From the NCBI GenBank assembly GCA_046261835.1, contig JBHEOA010000176.1:8588-72587 (forward strand): DNA of 64,000 bases, given 5' to 3'. The translations under genes were made by a program, and so were the position numbers. The notes beneath the pieces are model-generated. The model worked only from the letters and a program-made list of their open reading frames with translations. It did not search any database and was not told where the DNA came from. Below, in pieces: positions 47,373 through 57,670 of this stretch; within the stretch, counting starts at the first letter, position 1, and every line of letters begins with the position of its first letter. This DNA comes from Gemmatimonadota bacterium. GTDB taxonomy: Bacteria > Gemmatimonadota > Gemmatimonadetes > JACCXV01 > JAHWKZ01.

Positions 47373-48170
47373 ATGGAGGATATCCGTTATACGCTGGTGG
47401 GGAGCGGCACGTGCATCCCCGACGCCGAGCGCGGTCCCGCAGCCCACCACTTCAAGTGCGGAGATGTGACGCTGCTCTGTGATCTCGGCTCCGGGACGCT
47501 GCGGCGCATGGACGGGCTCGGGATTCGTTTCTCGGAGCTCGATCTGGTTGCCGTGACCCACCGGCACCAGGACCACATCGCCGATCTCCTGCCGCTGATC
47601 TTCGCACTCAAGAACACTCCCGGTGTGGATCGCGTCCGTCCCCTCACGCTGACCGGATACCCGGGGTTCCGCGCAGACCTCCAGCAGCTCGCGGCGGTCT
47701 ACGGCGAATGGGTGGCGGATCCAGGTTTCCCGCTCGATGTCTACGAGGCGAACGACACGCCGATCGAGATCGAGCGCCAGCATGGTCGCGTGGAGATCGA
47801 GGCCCACCCGGTCGTCCACACGCCCGAGGCGGTGGGATACCGTCTGACGATGTCCGCCGGGGGCCGCGAGGTCGTGGTCGCCTATACCGGCGACACCGAG
47901 GAGAGCCGGGAGGCGGTCGACCTCGCGCGCGACGTCGACCTTCTGATCGCCGAATGTTCGATGGCCGACGGTCTCGAGGTGCGCGGCCACCTGAGCCCGC
48001 GCGCGGCGGGGCGGATCGCGGCCGAAGCTTCCGCCCGCCGGCTGGTCGTCACTCACTTCTATCCCTCCGTCCTCGCACTCGGCTGGACCGAGGTCGAGCG
48101 TCGGATCCGGGAGGCCTATCCGCACGATCCGGTCGATCTCGGGGCCGACGGGCTCGAGATCGAGCTGTGA
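47373..48170 (+). CDS. MBL-fold metallo-hydrolase (RNase Z-like)
   Basis: THRHQDH (HxHxDH) motif. Confidence 0.75.
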   Translation: MEDIRYTLVGSGTCIPDAERGPAAHHFKCGDVTLLCDLGSGTLRRMDGLGIRFSELDLVAVTHRHQDHIADLLPLIFALKNTPGVDRVRPLTLTGYPGFRADLQQLAAVYGEWVADPGFPLDVYEANDTPIEIERQHGRVEIEAHPVVHTPEAVGYRLTMSAGGREVVVAYTGDTEESREAVDLARDVDLLIAECSMADGLEVRGHLSPRAAGRIAAEASARRLVVTHFYPSVLALGWTEVERRIREAYPHDPVDLGADGLEIEL

Positions 48171-48535
48171 CACGGGCACGGCAGGCCTTGGGATTGGATG
48201 GAGAAGAGGCGGCGGCGCATCACCTCGAGGCCGGTGGGTGGCGCATCCTCGCGCGCCGATTCCGTGCGGCGGGCCACGAGATCGATCTCGTGGCCACGCG
48301 TGACGGCGTCGTGGCGCTGGTCGAGGTCAAGACGCGTCGCGCCGGCGGTGTTGCCCCGACGGCGTTGGCCGTCGACTGGCGCAAGCGACGGCGCATCGCA
48401 ACCGCGGCGCAGGTTGCCGCGCTTCGTTGGGGGCGATCGGCGCGGGTGCTGCGCTTCGACGTGATCACGGTCGAGTCGGGCCTCGCAGGCACGACCGTCG
48501 AGCACATCGAGAACGCGTTCCGGCTGGGGGAGTGA
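48167..48535 (+). CDS. yraN: YraN-family (UPF0102) endonuclease
   Basis: GTG overlaps the upstream stop (GTGA). ...EEAAAHHLEAGGWRILARRFR..GHEIDLVA...VALVEVKTR is characteristic of YraN. Confidence 0.7.
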   Translation: MTRARQALGLDGEEAAAHHLEAGGWRILARRFRAAGHEIDLVATRDGVVALVEVKTRRAGGVAPTALAVDWRKRRRIATAAQVAALRWGRSARVLRFDVITVESGLAGTTVEHIENAFRLGE

Positions 48536-49371
48536 GGCTTTCCCTTCTGTGGGATTCGAGCGGGCGGCTACGATCGGGCTGGCGGCTCGCGCTGTGGCTG
48601 ACGCTCGTGACGACGCTGGGCGTCCTCGTCCGGTACGTCCTGGGTGCGGATCGGGGTTTGCCGCCAACCCTTGCGGCGTTCACGCTCGTGGTCGCCCTTC
48701 CCTCGGTCTTCCTGTGGCAGCTCGTCGACGGCCGTCGATTCACCGACACCCCGCTCGCTCCCACCCGGGATGCCGGCCTCGCCTTCGCGCTTGGGCTCCT
48801 GGCGGGGATCGCCATGGTCGGGGTGGCGGTCGCGTTCCTCTTCGCGGCCGGTGCTTACCGCGTAGAGGCCCGTCCCTGCGACGCCGCCGGCCAGACCGCT
48901 TTCCTCGTCCAGTGGTTTTCGATCTTCGCCTTGGCGGCCGCGCTCGAGGAGCTCCTTTTCCGGGGCTACGCTCTTTTCGCCCTGCGCGACGGTCTCGGTC
49001 GCGCGTCGGCGGTCGCCTTCAGCGCGATCCTCTTCTCGTTGGGGCACGCGGGAAACCCTTACTACGGTTGGCCGGCAGCGGTTGCGATCGCCTGGATCGG
49101 CGCGTTGCTCGCCGCGTGGGTTCTCGTCTCGGGAACGATGTGGGGAGCGTTCGGCATCCACGTCGGGTGGAATGCCGCTCTGGCGGTTGGGGCAGCGATC
49201 CCCGTGAGCGGTCTCAGGATCGTGCCACCATGCTATATGGGGATGGTCGAGGGACCTACATGGCTGACGGGCGGGGCGTTCGGGCTCGAGGGGGGCGTAC
49301 TCGCCGCAGTCTTGTGGGGAGCGGCGGGCGCGGCGATCGCGATCCTCGAGGTCAGGCGCCGGTCAGGGTGA
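48532..49371 (+). CDS. CPBP-family intramembrane metalloprotease (CAAX protease-like)
   Basis: GTG overlaps the yraN stop (GTGA). EELLFRG and FSLGH motifs. Multi-pass membrane protein. Confidence 0.75.
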   Translation: MRLSLLWDSSGRLRSGWRLALWLTLVTTLGVLVRYVLGADRGLPPTLAAFTLVVALPSVFLWQLVDGRRFTDTPLAPTRDAGLAFALGLLAGIAMVGVAVAFLFAAGAYRVEARPCDAAGQTAFLVQWFSIFALAAALEELLFRGYALFALRDGLGRASAVAFSAILFSLGHAGNPYYGWPAAVAIAWIGALLAAWVLVSGTMWGAFGIHVGWNAALAVGAAIPVSGLRIVPPCYMGMVEGPTWLTGGAFGLEGGVLAAVLWGAAGAAIAILEVRRRSG

Positions 49372-51610
49372 ACGCCGGTACGACCTCGCCTTCGAGGAGC
49401 TCGTCCTCTTCCCCTACGAGGTTGGAAATGAGGTCGTGGTTCGACTCGATCACGGTCAAGAAGCGGTGCGCGAGCTCGGGATCGAACTGCGAGCCGGCGT
49501 AGCGCCGGATCTCCTCGCAGGCGTAGCGCAGCCCATGCTCCCGTTGGCCGTAGGGTCGCTTGCGGATCATCGCATAGAAGGCGTCGACCAGCCCCACGAC
49601 GCGCGCGCCGTAAGGGATCTCTTCTCCCTTCAGTCCGTCGGGGTACCCCTTGCCCTCCCACCGCTCGTGATGATGTCGGACCAGCGGGACGATGCCCTCG
49701 AGGCCCTTGAGCGGCTGGACGATCTGAGCGCTGATGACAGGATGACGCCGCACGACCTCGTACTCCTCGCGCGTCAAGAAGTCCCGCTTCCCCAGAATCT
49801 CGTCCTCGATCGCCAGTTTGCCGACGTCACGGAGCAGGCACGCGATGTGGATCGTCCACCGTTGCCGCTCACCGATCGGAAGGCCGGCCAGGAACAGCTG
49901 GGCGATCGTCGAGATATCGCGCATCTGGTCCACTGCGGCCGGATCCTTGGCATGCATCACCGCCGTCAGGCTGGCGATCACGTCGAGGTGGCGCAGCAGG
50001 TCGCGTCCCGACTCGAGCCCTTTGAGGGCGGTGCGGATCGTCTCGATCGTCGTCGGGTCGTGAAGCGGCGCGTCCTTGCGCTGGGGCTGGACCTCGATGC
50101 CATCGATGTCGTCGTAACGTGTGCACAGGTTGCGGCCGCGGTCCTTCGAAATGTAGAGCGCTTGGTCGGCCCTCTGAAGCAGCTCATTCGACGTGAGCGC
50201 GTCGTCCGGATAGGTGGCGACGCCGATCGAGGCGGTGATCGACTCCGACATTCCGTCGTGATGCATCTCGGCGATGCGCTCGCGCAGCCGCTCGGCCACT
50301 ACGAAGGCGCGCTCGCTGCCCGTATCCGGCAGGAGCACCGCGAACTCCTCGCCGCCGTAGCGCGCCACCGTGTCGATGGTCCTGAGCTCGGCGAGCAGCA
50401 TCGCGGCCATTTCGCGCAAGAGCTGATCGCCGGCCATGTGCCCGTAGGTGTCGTTGATGTGCTTGAGGTAGTCGACGTCGACCATGAGGAGGCTCAGGTT
50501 CGCACCCATGCGATCGGCGCGCTCGACCTCCTCGGAGAGCCGTCGTTGGAGAACACGCACGTTGTAGAGGCCGGTGAGCGGATCGCGCCGCGCCGCCTCC
50601 GCCACTTCCTCGAAGTGTTCGGCGCGCTTGAGCGCTTGACCCGCCACGTCGGCCATTACGCGGCAGAATTTGACCTCGCTCTCGGTGAAATCGTGACGCG
50701 AGTCCTCGAGTCGCACGAAGACGACGCCGCGGGTTTCCTCGCTGACGAGGATCGGGGTCACCAGGATCGCGGAAAGTCTCGCGCGCTCGGGGAGATCCGA
50801 TCGGACCGGCTCCATGCTGGGGCTCTCGGCGAGCTTACCAATGATGAGCGGCTTCTTGCTCTCGAGGGCCGTCTGGATCTCGGGATAACGCTCGAGGTCG
50901 ATCGTCAGGCCCTCGACCGGCTCACCGCGATCGACGGCAACGGGTATGCGAGCGACGTCGGAGCCAGGTTCGGTGAGGATGACCGCCACACGAGCGGCGC
51001 GGAACAGCCGCGAGATGACCTCGGTCAGCTTCTCGTATACGGTGTGAGTGTCGAGAGAGCCGGCCAAGAGGCCTGTGATCTGAAGCGCGTTGTCGAGGAG
51101 GGAGGTCGTCTCCTCCTCCTCGCTCAGCTCTTCGCTCAGGTAACCGACGATCCCCGAGGTGATGAGGAGCATGGCGATCTGGAGCAGCACGACGCCAGGA
51201 TCCTCATCCGCGGTCTCGAATTTCGCCACCAGGTGCACGACGCCGACGGTGAACCCCATGAGGATCGCCCAAACGAGCCGACGCGCGAGCGCGGAGAGCA
51301 GGACGGCGAGGAGAAACAGCGAATAGAACAGCCATGACTCCGCCCCCAGGTAGACAGCGAAGATCGATCCGAGCAGGACGAATTCGAGCCCGATGAACGC
51401 GAAGTCGAAACGGGGGTGGACGTACCAGCTCGCAGGCAGGACCACATAGACGAGAGTGGTCCCTACGTAGAGCAACCACGGGAGGAGGAGCCAAAGACTG
51501 AGACCACCATGCGGCGGGTACACCCACAAGAGCGCACCGGTGGCGAGCATGGCGCACGCCCGCAGGGCGAGGAGCGTACGCTTCTTGTTCCAGGCCTTTC
51601 GCGGCGCCAT
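49352..51610 (-). CDS. membrane-anchored GAF - GGDEF (GGEEF) - HD-GYP cyclic-di-GMP signalling protein
   Basis: N-terminal multi-transmembrane region. Central GAF-like domain. GGDEF domain with RYGGEEF. C-terminal HD-GYP (HHERWEGKGYPDG). Confidence 0.85.
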   Translation of the reverse strand: MAPRKAWNKKRTLLALRACAMLATGALLWVYPPHGGLSLWLLLPWLLYVGTTLVYVVLPASWYVHPRFDFAFIGLEFVLLGSIFAVYLGAESWLFYSLFLLAVLLSALARRLVWAILMGFTVGVVHLVAKFETADEDPGVVLLQIAMLLITSGIVGYLSEELSEEEETTSLLDNALQITGLLAGSLDTHTVYEKLTEVISRLFRAARVAVILTEPGSDVARIPVAVDRGEPVEGLTIDLERYPEIQTALESKKPLIIGKLAESPSMEPVRSDLPERARLSAILVTPILVSEETRGVVFVRLEDSRHDFTESEVKFCRVMADVAGQALKRAEHFEEVAEAARRDPLTGLYNVRVLQRRLSEEVERADRMGANLSLLMVDVDYLKHINDTYGHMAGDQLLREMAAMLLAELRTIDTVARYGGEEFAVLLPDTGSERAFVVAERLRERIAEMHHDGMSESITASIGVATYPDDALTSNELLQRADQALYISKDRGRNLCTRYDDIDGIEVQPQRKDAPLHDPTTIETIRTALKGLESGRDLLRHLDVIASLTAVMHAKDPAAVDQMRDISTIAQLFLAGLPIGERQRWTIHIACLLRDVGKLAIEDEILGKRDFLTREEYEVVRRHPVISAQIVQPLKGLEGIVPLVRHHHERWEGKGYPDGLKGEEIPYGARVVGLVDAFYAMIRKRPYGQREHGLRYACEEIRRYAGSQFDPELAHRFLTVIESNHDLISNLVGEEDELLEGEVVPAFTLTGA

Positions 51611-51655
51611 CCGCGGAACCCCCGTTACCCCTTCGTGTACGAGCGCGCCACGATC

Positions 51656-52543
51656 ATGATCGGACGTCTCCCAGCCGAATTCACGCTAGTCCGGCTCATC
51701 CTCGCCGGACTCTCCGTGGTGTTACTCTCACTCGTGCTGTTCTCCGTATCGCTTTCCGTCCTCGTCCCGACCGCCAGCGCCCAGGTGCTTCGCTACGGCG
51801 GCCCGCCCGGAACCACCCGCACCTACGTCCGCGAGCAGCGCGACCACGTCGTCCAGACCGTCGACGGGCGACCGACCGCCACCGACATCCAGAGCTACTG
51901 GCGGCTCCGGACGCGGGTCGCAGCCGAGACGACGGATGACCTCACGATCGGGATCGTCCACGACTCGCTTGCGATCACCGGGGCCCCGTCGATCGGGGAC
52001 CTGGGGATCGAGGCGCTGGGGCGCACCCCGATCGAGATCGTGCTCACACGGCGCGGCGCGGTGCGCGAGCTGGAGGTGCCCGCCGAACTCACTCCACTCA
52101 CTTCACGCCTCGACCTCGAGACCACCTACCGGTCGTTCTTTCCGCGCCTTCCGGAGACGGCCGTGGTCGACGGGCTCGTATGGTCTGACACGACCCGGGT
52201 GGCCACCCGCCAGAACGGGCTGGACCTCCAGGTCGTCCGCGTCAACCGCTACACCAGCAAGGGTTGGGCCATCTCGGGGGAGAATCGGGTGATCCGGGTC
52301 GCCTACGAGTCCGATCTCACGATCGAGGGAAGCGGCCAGCAGCAGGAGGCGGCGGTCGCTTTGAGCGGCTCCGGCCGAGCGACAGGGGCGTTCGACTTCG
52401 ATCCCCGGGCCGGAGCGTATGTGGGAGGAGGCGAGAGCTCCACGATGAACATGGTCGCGATCGTTACTTCACAAGGACAAAACCTTGTGATACCCATCGA
52501 ACAGAATCGAACAGAAACGATCACATCAGAACCATCGAGCTAG
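51656..52543 (+). CDS. hypothetical exported/membrane-anchored protein
   Basis: ATG start with signal anchor (LILAGLSVVLLSLVLFSVSLSVLVPTASA). No recognisable domain. Confidence 0.45.
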   Translation: MIGRLPAEFTLVRLILAGLSVVLLSLVLFSVSLSVLVPTASAQVLRYGGPPGTTRTYVREQRDHVVQTVDGRPTATDIQSYWRLRTRVAAETTDDLTIGIVHDSLAITGAPSIGDLGIEALGRTPIEIVLTRRGAVRELEVPAELTPLTSRLDLETTYRSFFPRLPETAVVDGLVWSDTTRVATRQNGLDLQVVRVNRYTSKGWAISGENRVIRVAYESDLTIEGSGQQQEAAVALSGSGRATGAFDFDPRAGAYVGGGESSTMNMVAIVTSQGQNLVIPIEQNRTETITSEPSS

Positions 52544-52624
52544 TTGTCACGTTTCGATCGATCTTCTGCTACGGTTCGATGTCGATTTGCGAGCACCGGT
52601 CCACGACTTGCGAGGGCCGGAATC

Positions 52625-54157
52625 GTGCTGGCGCGCGTCTTCACCGCCGATCTCGCCGGGCTCGCGGGTCGGCCGATCACCGTCGAGGTCGATCTCGCTC
52701 GAGGGCTTCCCGCGTTCCACCTCGTCGGGCTCCCCGACGGCGCAGTCCGCGAGAGCAGGGAACGGATCCTCTCGGCGCTCGCGAACTCCGGCTTCGACAC
52801 CCCGGTGTGTCGAATCACCGTCAATCTGGCGCCGGCCGACGAGCCCAAGAGCGGCTCGGGGTTCGATCTTCCGATCGCGCTCGCCATCCTCTCTGCGGCG
52901 GACCACATCGGCGTGCCGGCGGGCTCGCTGATCGCCGCGCTTGGCGAGCTGTCGCTGGACGGTGGGGTGCGGCCGGTGCGGGGCGCGCTTCCGGTGGTCG
53001 CAGCGCTCCGCGCTATGGGGGCGACCGAGGTGCTCGTGCCGGCCGCCAACGGCCTGGAGGCGGCACTAGTCGACGGGGTTCGGGCGATTCCCACCACGAC
53101 CCTGCGCGCCGCGGTCGAGCACTTGAGCGGCGCCGCGCCGATCGCTCCCGCTCAGCCTCCCGCCGCCCGGGGAGCATCACGCACCGATTTCGACTGGAGC
53201 GAGGTGCGAGGCCAGGCTACGGCGCGCCGGGCGCTCGAGATCGCAGCGGCAGGGGGACACAACGTGCTCCTGGTGGGACCGCCTGGGGCAGGCAAGACTT
53301 TCCTCGCCCGCCGCTTCCCCACGATCCTGCCGCCCCTCGACCGTGCGCAGGCGCTCGAGGTCACCGCGATCCACTCGGCGTGGGGCCGGCTCTCGCCCGA
53401 AGAGCCGCTCGTCGTCCAACCGCCGTTCCGCGCGCCTCACCACACGATCTCCGCCGCTGGACTGCTCGGTGGAGGTACACCGCCCGGTGCCGGTGAGGTC
53501 ACGCTGGCCCACCGCGGGGTCCTCTTCCTCGATGAGCTCCCCGAGTTCCGTCGCGACGCACTGGAGGGGTTGCGCCAGCCGGTCGAGGACGGGATCATTC
53601 TCCTGGGACGGGCGCGGAGCCGGCAACGGTTTCCCACGCGCTTCCTGCTCCTCGCGGCGATGAACCCCTGCCCCTGCGGTTTCTGGGGCGACCGCTGGCG
53701 CGCGTGCCGCTGCACCGACCTCGCGCGCGATCGCTACCGGTCCCGTCTCTCGGGCCCGCTCCTCGACCGGATCGATCTCCACGTGGCCGTTCCGGCGGTT
53801 CCGTTCGTCGAGCTGATCGATGCCGCTCCCGGAGAGTCCTCTGCAACGGTGCGCCCCCGGGTCGCGCGGGTGCGTCGCGTCCGGGCCGCCCGAGAAACGT
53901 CCTTGCCGCACCCGGCGAAACGACGCCGCGAGGCGTTGCCCTGGCTCGCACTCGATGCAGACGGCAAGCGTCTTCTGGAGCGCGCCCATGACGCGCTCGG
54001 CCTGACCGCGCGGGCTCACACACGAATCCTCCAGGTCGCCCGCACCATCGCCGACCTGGCGACCGCCCCGCGGATCGAGGTCGTGCATCTGGCGGAGGCG
54101 ATCCAGTACCGGGCGCTCGACCGCGAAGCCGCGCTCGAGGCCGCACGGGACCGTTGA
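52625..54157 (+). CDS. comM: YifB/ComM-family Mg-chelatase-like AAA+ ATPase
   Basis: N-terminal Lon-protease-like domain (...RITVNLAPADEPKSGSGFDLPIALAIL). Walker A LLVGPPGAGKT. Walker B LFLDELPEF. C-terminal ChlI domain. An alternative start lies at 52544. Confidence 0.85.
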   Translation: MLARVFTADLAGLAGRPITVEVDLARGLPAFHLVGLPDGAVRESRERILSALANSGFDTPVCRITVNLAPADEPKSGSGFDLPIALAILSAADHIGVPAGSLIAALGELSLDGGVRPVRGALPVVAALRAMGATEVLVPAANGLEAALVDGVRAIPTTTLRAAVEHLSGAAPIAPAQPPAARGASRTDFDWSEVRGQATARRALEIAAAGGHNVLLVGPPGAGKTFLARRFPTILPPLDRAQALEVTAIHSAWGRLSPEEPLVVQPPFRAPHHTISAAGLLGGGTPPGAGEVTLAHRGVLFLDELPEFRRDALEGLRQPVEDGIILLGRARSRQRFPTRFLLLAAMNPCPCGFWGDRWRACRCTDLARDRYRSRLSGPLLDRIDLHVAVPAVPFVELIDAAPGESSATVRPRVARVRRVRAARETSLPHPAKRRREALPWLALDADGKRLLERAHDALGLTARAHTRILQVARTIADLATAPRIEVVHLAEAIQYRALDREAALEAARDR

Positions 54158-55737
54158 GATCACCCCCCATCGCCGGCCGGGCATTGGGCGCTTCCACGGG
54201 GCTCGATCCGGATCAACAGCGCGTCGTCGCCTGCCGTGACCCCACGATCCGCGTCGTGGCGCCGGCCGGCGCGGGTAAGACACGCACGGTGGTCGAGCGA
54301 GTCCTGATGCGGATACGGGCGGGGCTCGATCCCCAGCGGGTTCTCGTTCTCACGTTCGACAACTCGGCGGCCGCGGCGCTCGAGTCGCGGCTCGCGGAGA
54401 GGTCGCGGGAAGGAGGGACCGCGCTCCCTGCGCTTCGCGTCGCCACGCTCAACGCGTTCGGCTACGCCCTGCTGCGCCGTCATACGCCCTCGGAATTCCG
54501 TCCCGTCGCGACCGGCGACGAGCTCGAAGCGATCGCCGCAGAGACGCGCGCAGCGCTCGCGCGAAAGAGTCAGCGGCACGAGGCGGTGCTGCCAGCCGCC
54601 GACGACCGCACATGGGCCGAGCTCTTCGGACGTCTCAAGAACGCACTCTTCGATTCCCGGGCTCTCGACCTTCGGCGTCTCGCCGGAGTGCTCGCGCACG
54701 AGGAGCGCGAGCTCTTCGAGCAGGCCGGACGACGCGACCGGGCGCGGGTTGTCGAAGCGGTGGCCTGGCTCATGGTCGCCTACGATCGCGCGCTGGCGCT
54801 AAGGGGCCGGATCGACTTCGACGACCAGAAGCTGAGGGCGTGCCTCGCGCTCCGGGAGTCCCCCGAGCTCCGGCGACGGTTCCAGTCGCGATGGTCCGAA
54901 GTGGTGGTCGATGAGTTCCAGGACATCAACCGGCTCGACTTCGAGCTGATCGGAATCCTGTCGGCTCGCGCGACCCTCGTCGTCGTGGGCGACGACGACC
55001 AGGCGATCTACGCGTTCCGCGGCTGTTCGCCTGAGTGGATCATCGATCTCGAGAAGCGGTCTGGACGACAGCTGACATCGCTCGAGCTCCGCACCAACTA
55101 CCGGAACCCACCGAACCTGCTCGCCGCCGCGGTTCGGCTGATCCGCAGAAACCGCTGCCGTATTCCCAAGCGGCCGGTCGCGAGCCGCACCGACGAGGCT
55201 ACGATCGATGTCGCCGTCTATGGCTCCGCGATCGAGCAGGCGAAAGGCGTCGCGCGGTCGATCCTCCGTGCTCGGCGGCGCGACCATGCTTTGAGGTTTT
55301 GCGACGTCGCGATCCTCTACCGTGTCAACGCCCAGAGCCAATCGCTCCGAGCAGCGCTGCGAAGCGCCGGAATTCCGTGCGTCGTCCAGGAGGAGGACGA
55401 CCGAGCAGAGAGCCCGGGCCCCCACACGGCCGCAGCAGACGCCGTCTCTCTCCTCACCTACTTCCGCGCCAAGGGCCTCCAGTGGCCAATCGTCTTCCTC
55501 ACCTCCTGCAACGAGGGACTGACGCCGCACCGCCGCTCGCCGGTCGAGGACGAGCGGCGCCTCTTCTACGTCGCGATGACGCGTGCCTCGGCCGCGCTCC
55601 ACGTCTCGTTTCTCGATCCAACGGACGGCGCCCAGCCACCCGCGAGCCGCTTTCTGCGTGAGTCGGGGATCCTCACGGGGGGCGAGACTCGCCGGGCCAT
55701 GACGGCGACCTTGGACGTCGAGATCGCCACGCCGTGA
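54154..55737 (+). CDS. short UvrD/Rep-like superfamily-1 DNA helicase (527 aa)
   Basis: Walker A APAGAGKT. DEFQD (motif II). GDDDQAIYAFRG (motif III). C-terminal ...VAMTRA... Overlaps the comM stop. Confidence 0.75.
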   Translation: MRSPPIAGRALGASTGLDPDQQRVVACRDPTIRVVAPAGAGKTRTVVERVLMRIRAGLDPQRVLVLTFDNSAAAALESRLAERSREGGTALPALRVATLNAFGYALLRRHTPSEFRPVATGDELEAIAAETRAALARKSQRHEAVLPAADDRTWAELFGRLKNALFDSRALDLRRLAGVLAHEERELFEQAGRRDRARVVEAVAWLMVAYDRALALRGRIDFDDQKLRACLALRESPELRRRFQSRWSEVVVDEFQDINRLDFELIGILSARATLVVVGDDDQAIYAFRGCSPEWIIDLEKRSGRQLTSLELRTNYRNPPNLLAAAVRLIRRNRCRIPKRPVASRTDEATIDVAVYGSAIEQAKGVARSILRARRRDHALRFCDVAILYRVNAQSQSLRAALRSAGIPCVVQEEDDRAESPGPHTAAADAVSLLTYFRAKGLQWPIVFLTSCNEGLTPHRRSPVEDERRLFYVAMTRASAALHVSFLDPTDGAQPPASRFLRESGILTGGETRRAMTATLDVEIATP

Positions 55738-55990
55738 GGGCGATCGAACCTGGACCTGGCGAGGATGACCCGTTCGCGGACCTGCCGATTCCCAAGGTCG
55801 ATCTCCCCCGGCGCCTCATTCCGCGGCGTCGCCGACAGCGCCGGCGATGGCCGCGCTGGCTCTGGTGGTATCTCGCTGCCGCCGCGGGTTATCTGTCTTG
55901 GCTCGCGGTCGACTAAGCTCGACCCAGACCGGCGAAGCATGACCGAAGGGCTTTGACCTAGACGGCGCGTCTCGGGTAGGTTCGGCCGCC

Positions 55991-56779
55991 GTGGCCGCGC
56001 CCCTCCGCATCGATGCCGTTACCCTGCCGGTCCCCAATCTCGGCCGTCAGGGGAAGTTCTACCGATGGGTTTTGGCGATGCAGGACGCTCCGTCCGCCTC
56101 CGATGAGAGTCTCGTACTGGGATGGGGGAAAGAAGACCGAATCGAGCTGATCGACGCGGCAACCGAAAGCGCGGAGGAGGCGGTCACTCTGCGCCTGCCG
56201 GCGATGACGGTCGAGGCGGCGGCCGGTTGGCTCGCGGAGCGCGGCCTCGCTCCGACCACCGTGATCGTTCCCGAAAGCCATCTACCCGACGCGCGGGAGG
56301 CGTGGCCTGAAGCAGCGGTCGAGGTGGCTCCCGGCGCCGATGGGCTGATGCTCACGGTCCGCGGTCGAGTCGAGCCACGGATCGACCTCCATATCCCGCT
56401 TCCCGGAACGACGACCGCAACGGCAACAGCTGAGGCCACGGAATCGACCGGTCTCGAGGTGCCCGGTCTCCTCGGCGTGACGACGGGTGCTGCGAACCTG
56501 GAGTCGGCGCGCGGTTACCTGGCCCTCTTCGGGATCGAGCCGCTCGATCCCAGCGCCGAGAAGGGGCCGCTCCGCGTCGGGGATCAGCAGTGGATCGTCG
56601 AGGAACGGGAGCCAGCCGGGATCTACGGCATCGCCGTCGTCATCGAGCTCGATCGGATCAAGGACCTGGTCCGGACGCTCGAACGTCTCGGGGCCGAACA
56701 TCGTCACGAACGGAATCGCCTTCTCGCGCTTGACCCTGCGGGACGCATCCTCATGGTGCACGGCCTCAAGGGTGGATAG
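55991..56779 (+). CDS. VOC-family (glyoxalase/bleomycin resistance/dioxygenase fold) tandem-domain protein
   Basis: Two beta-alpha-beta-beta-beta-like modules. Weak family-level similarity only. Confidence 0.6.
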   Translation: MAAPLRIDAVTLPVPNLGRQGKFYRWVLAMQDAPSASDESLVLGWGKEDRIELIDAATESAEEAVTLRLPAMTVEAAAGWLAERGLAPTTVIVPESHLPDAREAWPEAAVEVAPGADGLMLTVRGRVEPRIDLHIPLPGTTTATATAEATESTGLEVPGLLGVTTGAANLESARGYLALFGIEPLDPSAEKGPLRVGDQQWIVEEREPAGIYGIAVVIELDRIKDLVRTLERLGAEHRHERNRLLALDPAGRILMVHGLKGG

Positions 56780-56812
56780 GCCACGGCGCCGTTCCTAACT
56801 TCCGCGCCTTCG

Positions 56813-57670
56813 ATGGTGCATCCCGCCCCCGCCGCAACGAACGACCTCGCCGCCAAAGAGGCGCGCCTCGAGGCGATCCTCGGGACCTGTGGCTCCGTGG
56901 TGATCGGCTATTCTGGCGGGGTCGACTCGACGCTTCTTCTCAAGAAGGCGCTCGACGTCCTCGGACAGGAGCGCGTCCTCGCGGTCACCGCCGCGACGGC
57001 GACCTACGAACCGGGCGAAGTCGACGAGGCCGAGGCTTTGGCGAACGCACTTGGCGCGACGCACGCGCGGCTCCGTTCCACCGAGCTCGAGGACGAAGGG
57101 TTCCTCGCCAATCCTCCTGAGCGGTGCTACTACTGCAAGACCGATCTCTACGGCGACCTCAAGCAACTCGCCGCGGAACGCGGCTTCAAGACCGTGATCG
57201 ACGGCTCGCAGGCCGACGACGCGCTCGATTGGCGGCCGGGCCTCAAGGCGCTCGACGAGCAGGGGATCGTGAGCCCGCTCAAGGAGGCGGGGCTGACGAA
57301 GGCCGACGTCCGCGCGCTGTCGCGCCAGCTCGGGCTTTCCACCGCCGACAAACCAGCCAACGCGTGCCTGGCGTCCCGTTTTCCGTACGGCGAGCCGATC
57401 ACCGCCCAGAAGCTGGGTCGCGTGGGGCTCGCCGAGCGCGTGCTGCGCGAGGCAGGATTCGGGACGGTGCGCGTGCGCCATCACGGTGACGTCGCGAGAA
57501 TCGAGGTGCCGCCAGGAGATCGGACGCGGCTCCTGGCCGCAGCCGACCGGATCATCCCGGCGCTCAAGGCGCTCGGCTACGTGTGGGTTTCGATGGATCT
57601 CGAGGGGTACCGCACGGGGAGCATGAATGAGGCGCTGGCGACCGGCACAAAACCGGAACCCTCGCGGTGA
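56813..57670 (+). CDS. larE: LarE-like PP-loop ATP-dependent sulfur transferase
   Basis: PP-loop SGGVDS. Overall match to the LarE/ATP-utilising TIGR00268 family (about 285 aa). Catalytic Cys-containing region (...[12 protein letters not shown]...). Confidence 0.8.
   Translation: MVHPAPAATNDLAAKEARLEAILGTCGSVVIGYSGGVDSTLLLKKALDVLGQERVLAVTAATATYEPGEVDEAEALANALGATHARLRSTELEDEGFLANPPERCYYCKTDLYGDLKQLAAERGFKTVIDGSQADDALDWRPGLKALDEQGIVSPLKEAGLTKADVRALSRQLGLSTADKPANACLASRFPYGEPITAQKLGRVGLAERVLREAGFGTVRVRHHGDVARIEVPPGDRTRLLAAADRIIPALKALGYVWVSMDLEGYRTGSMNEALATGTKPEPSR

Noticed and set aside
55734-55916. 60-aa ORF overlapping the helicase stop (MRAIEPGPGEDDPFADLP...RRRRQRRRWPRWLWWYLAAAAGYLSWLAVD)
   Set aside because: It could be a small membrane protein (GTGA-coupled, C-terminal hydrophobic helix). 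However, the Arg-rich middle and the lack of conservation evidence make it unreliable, so it was left unannotated.
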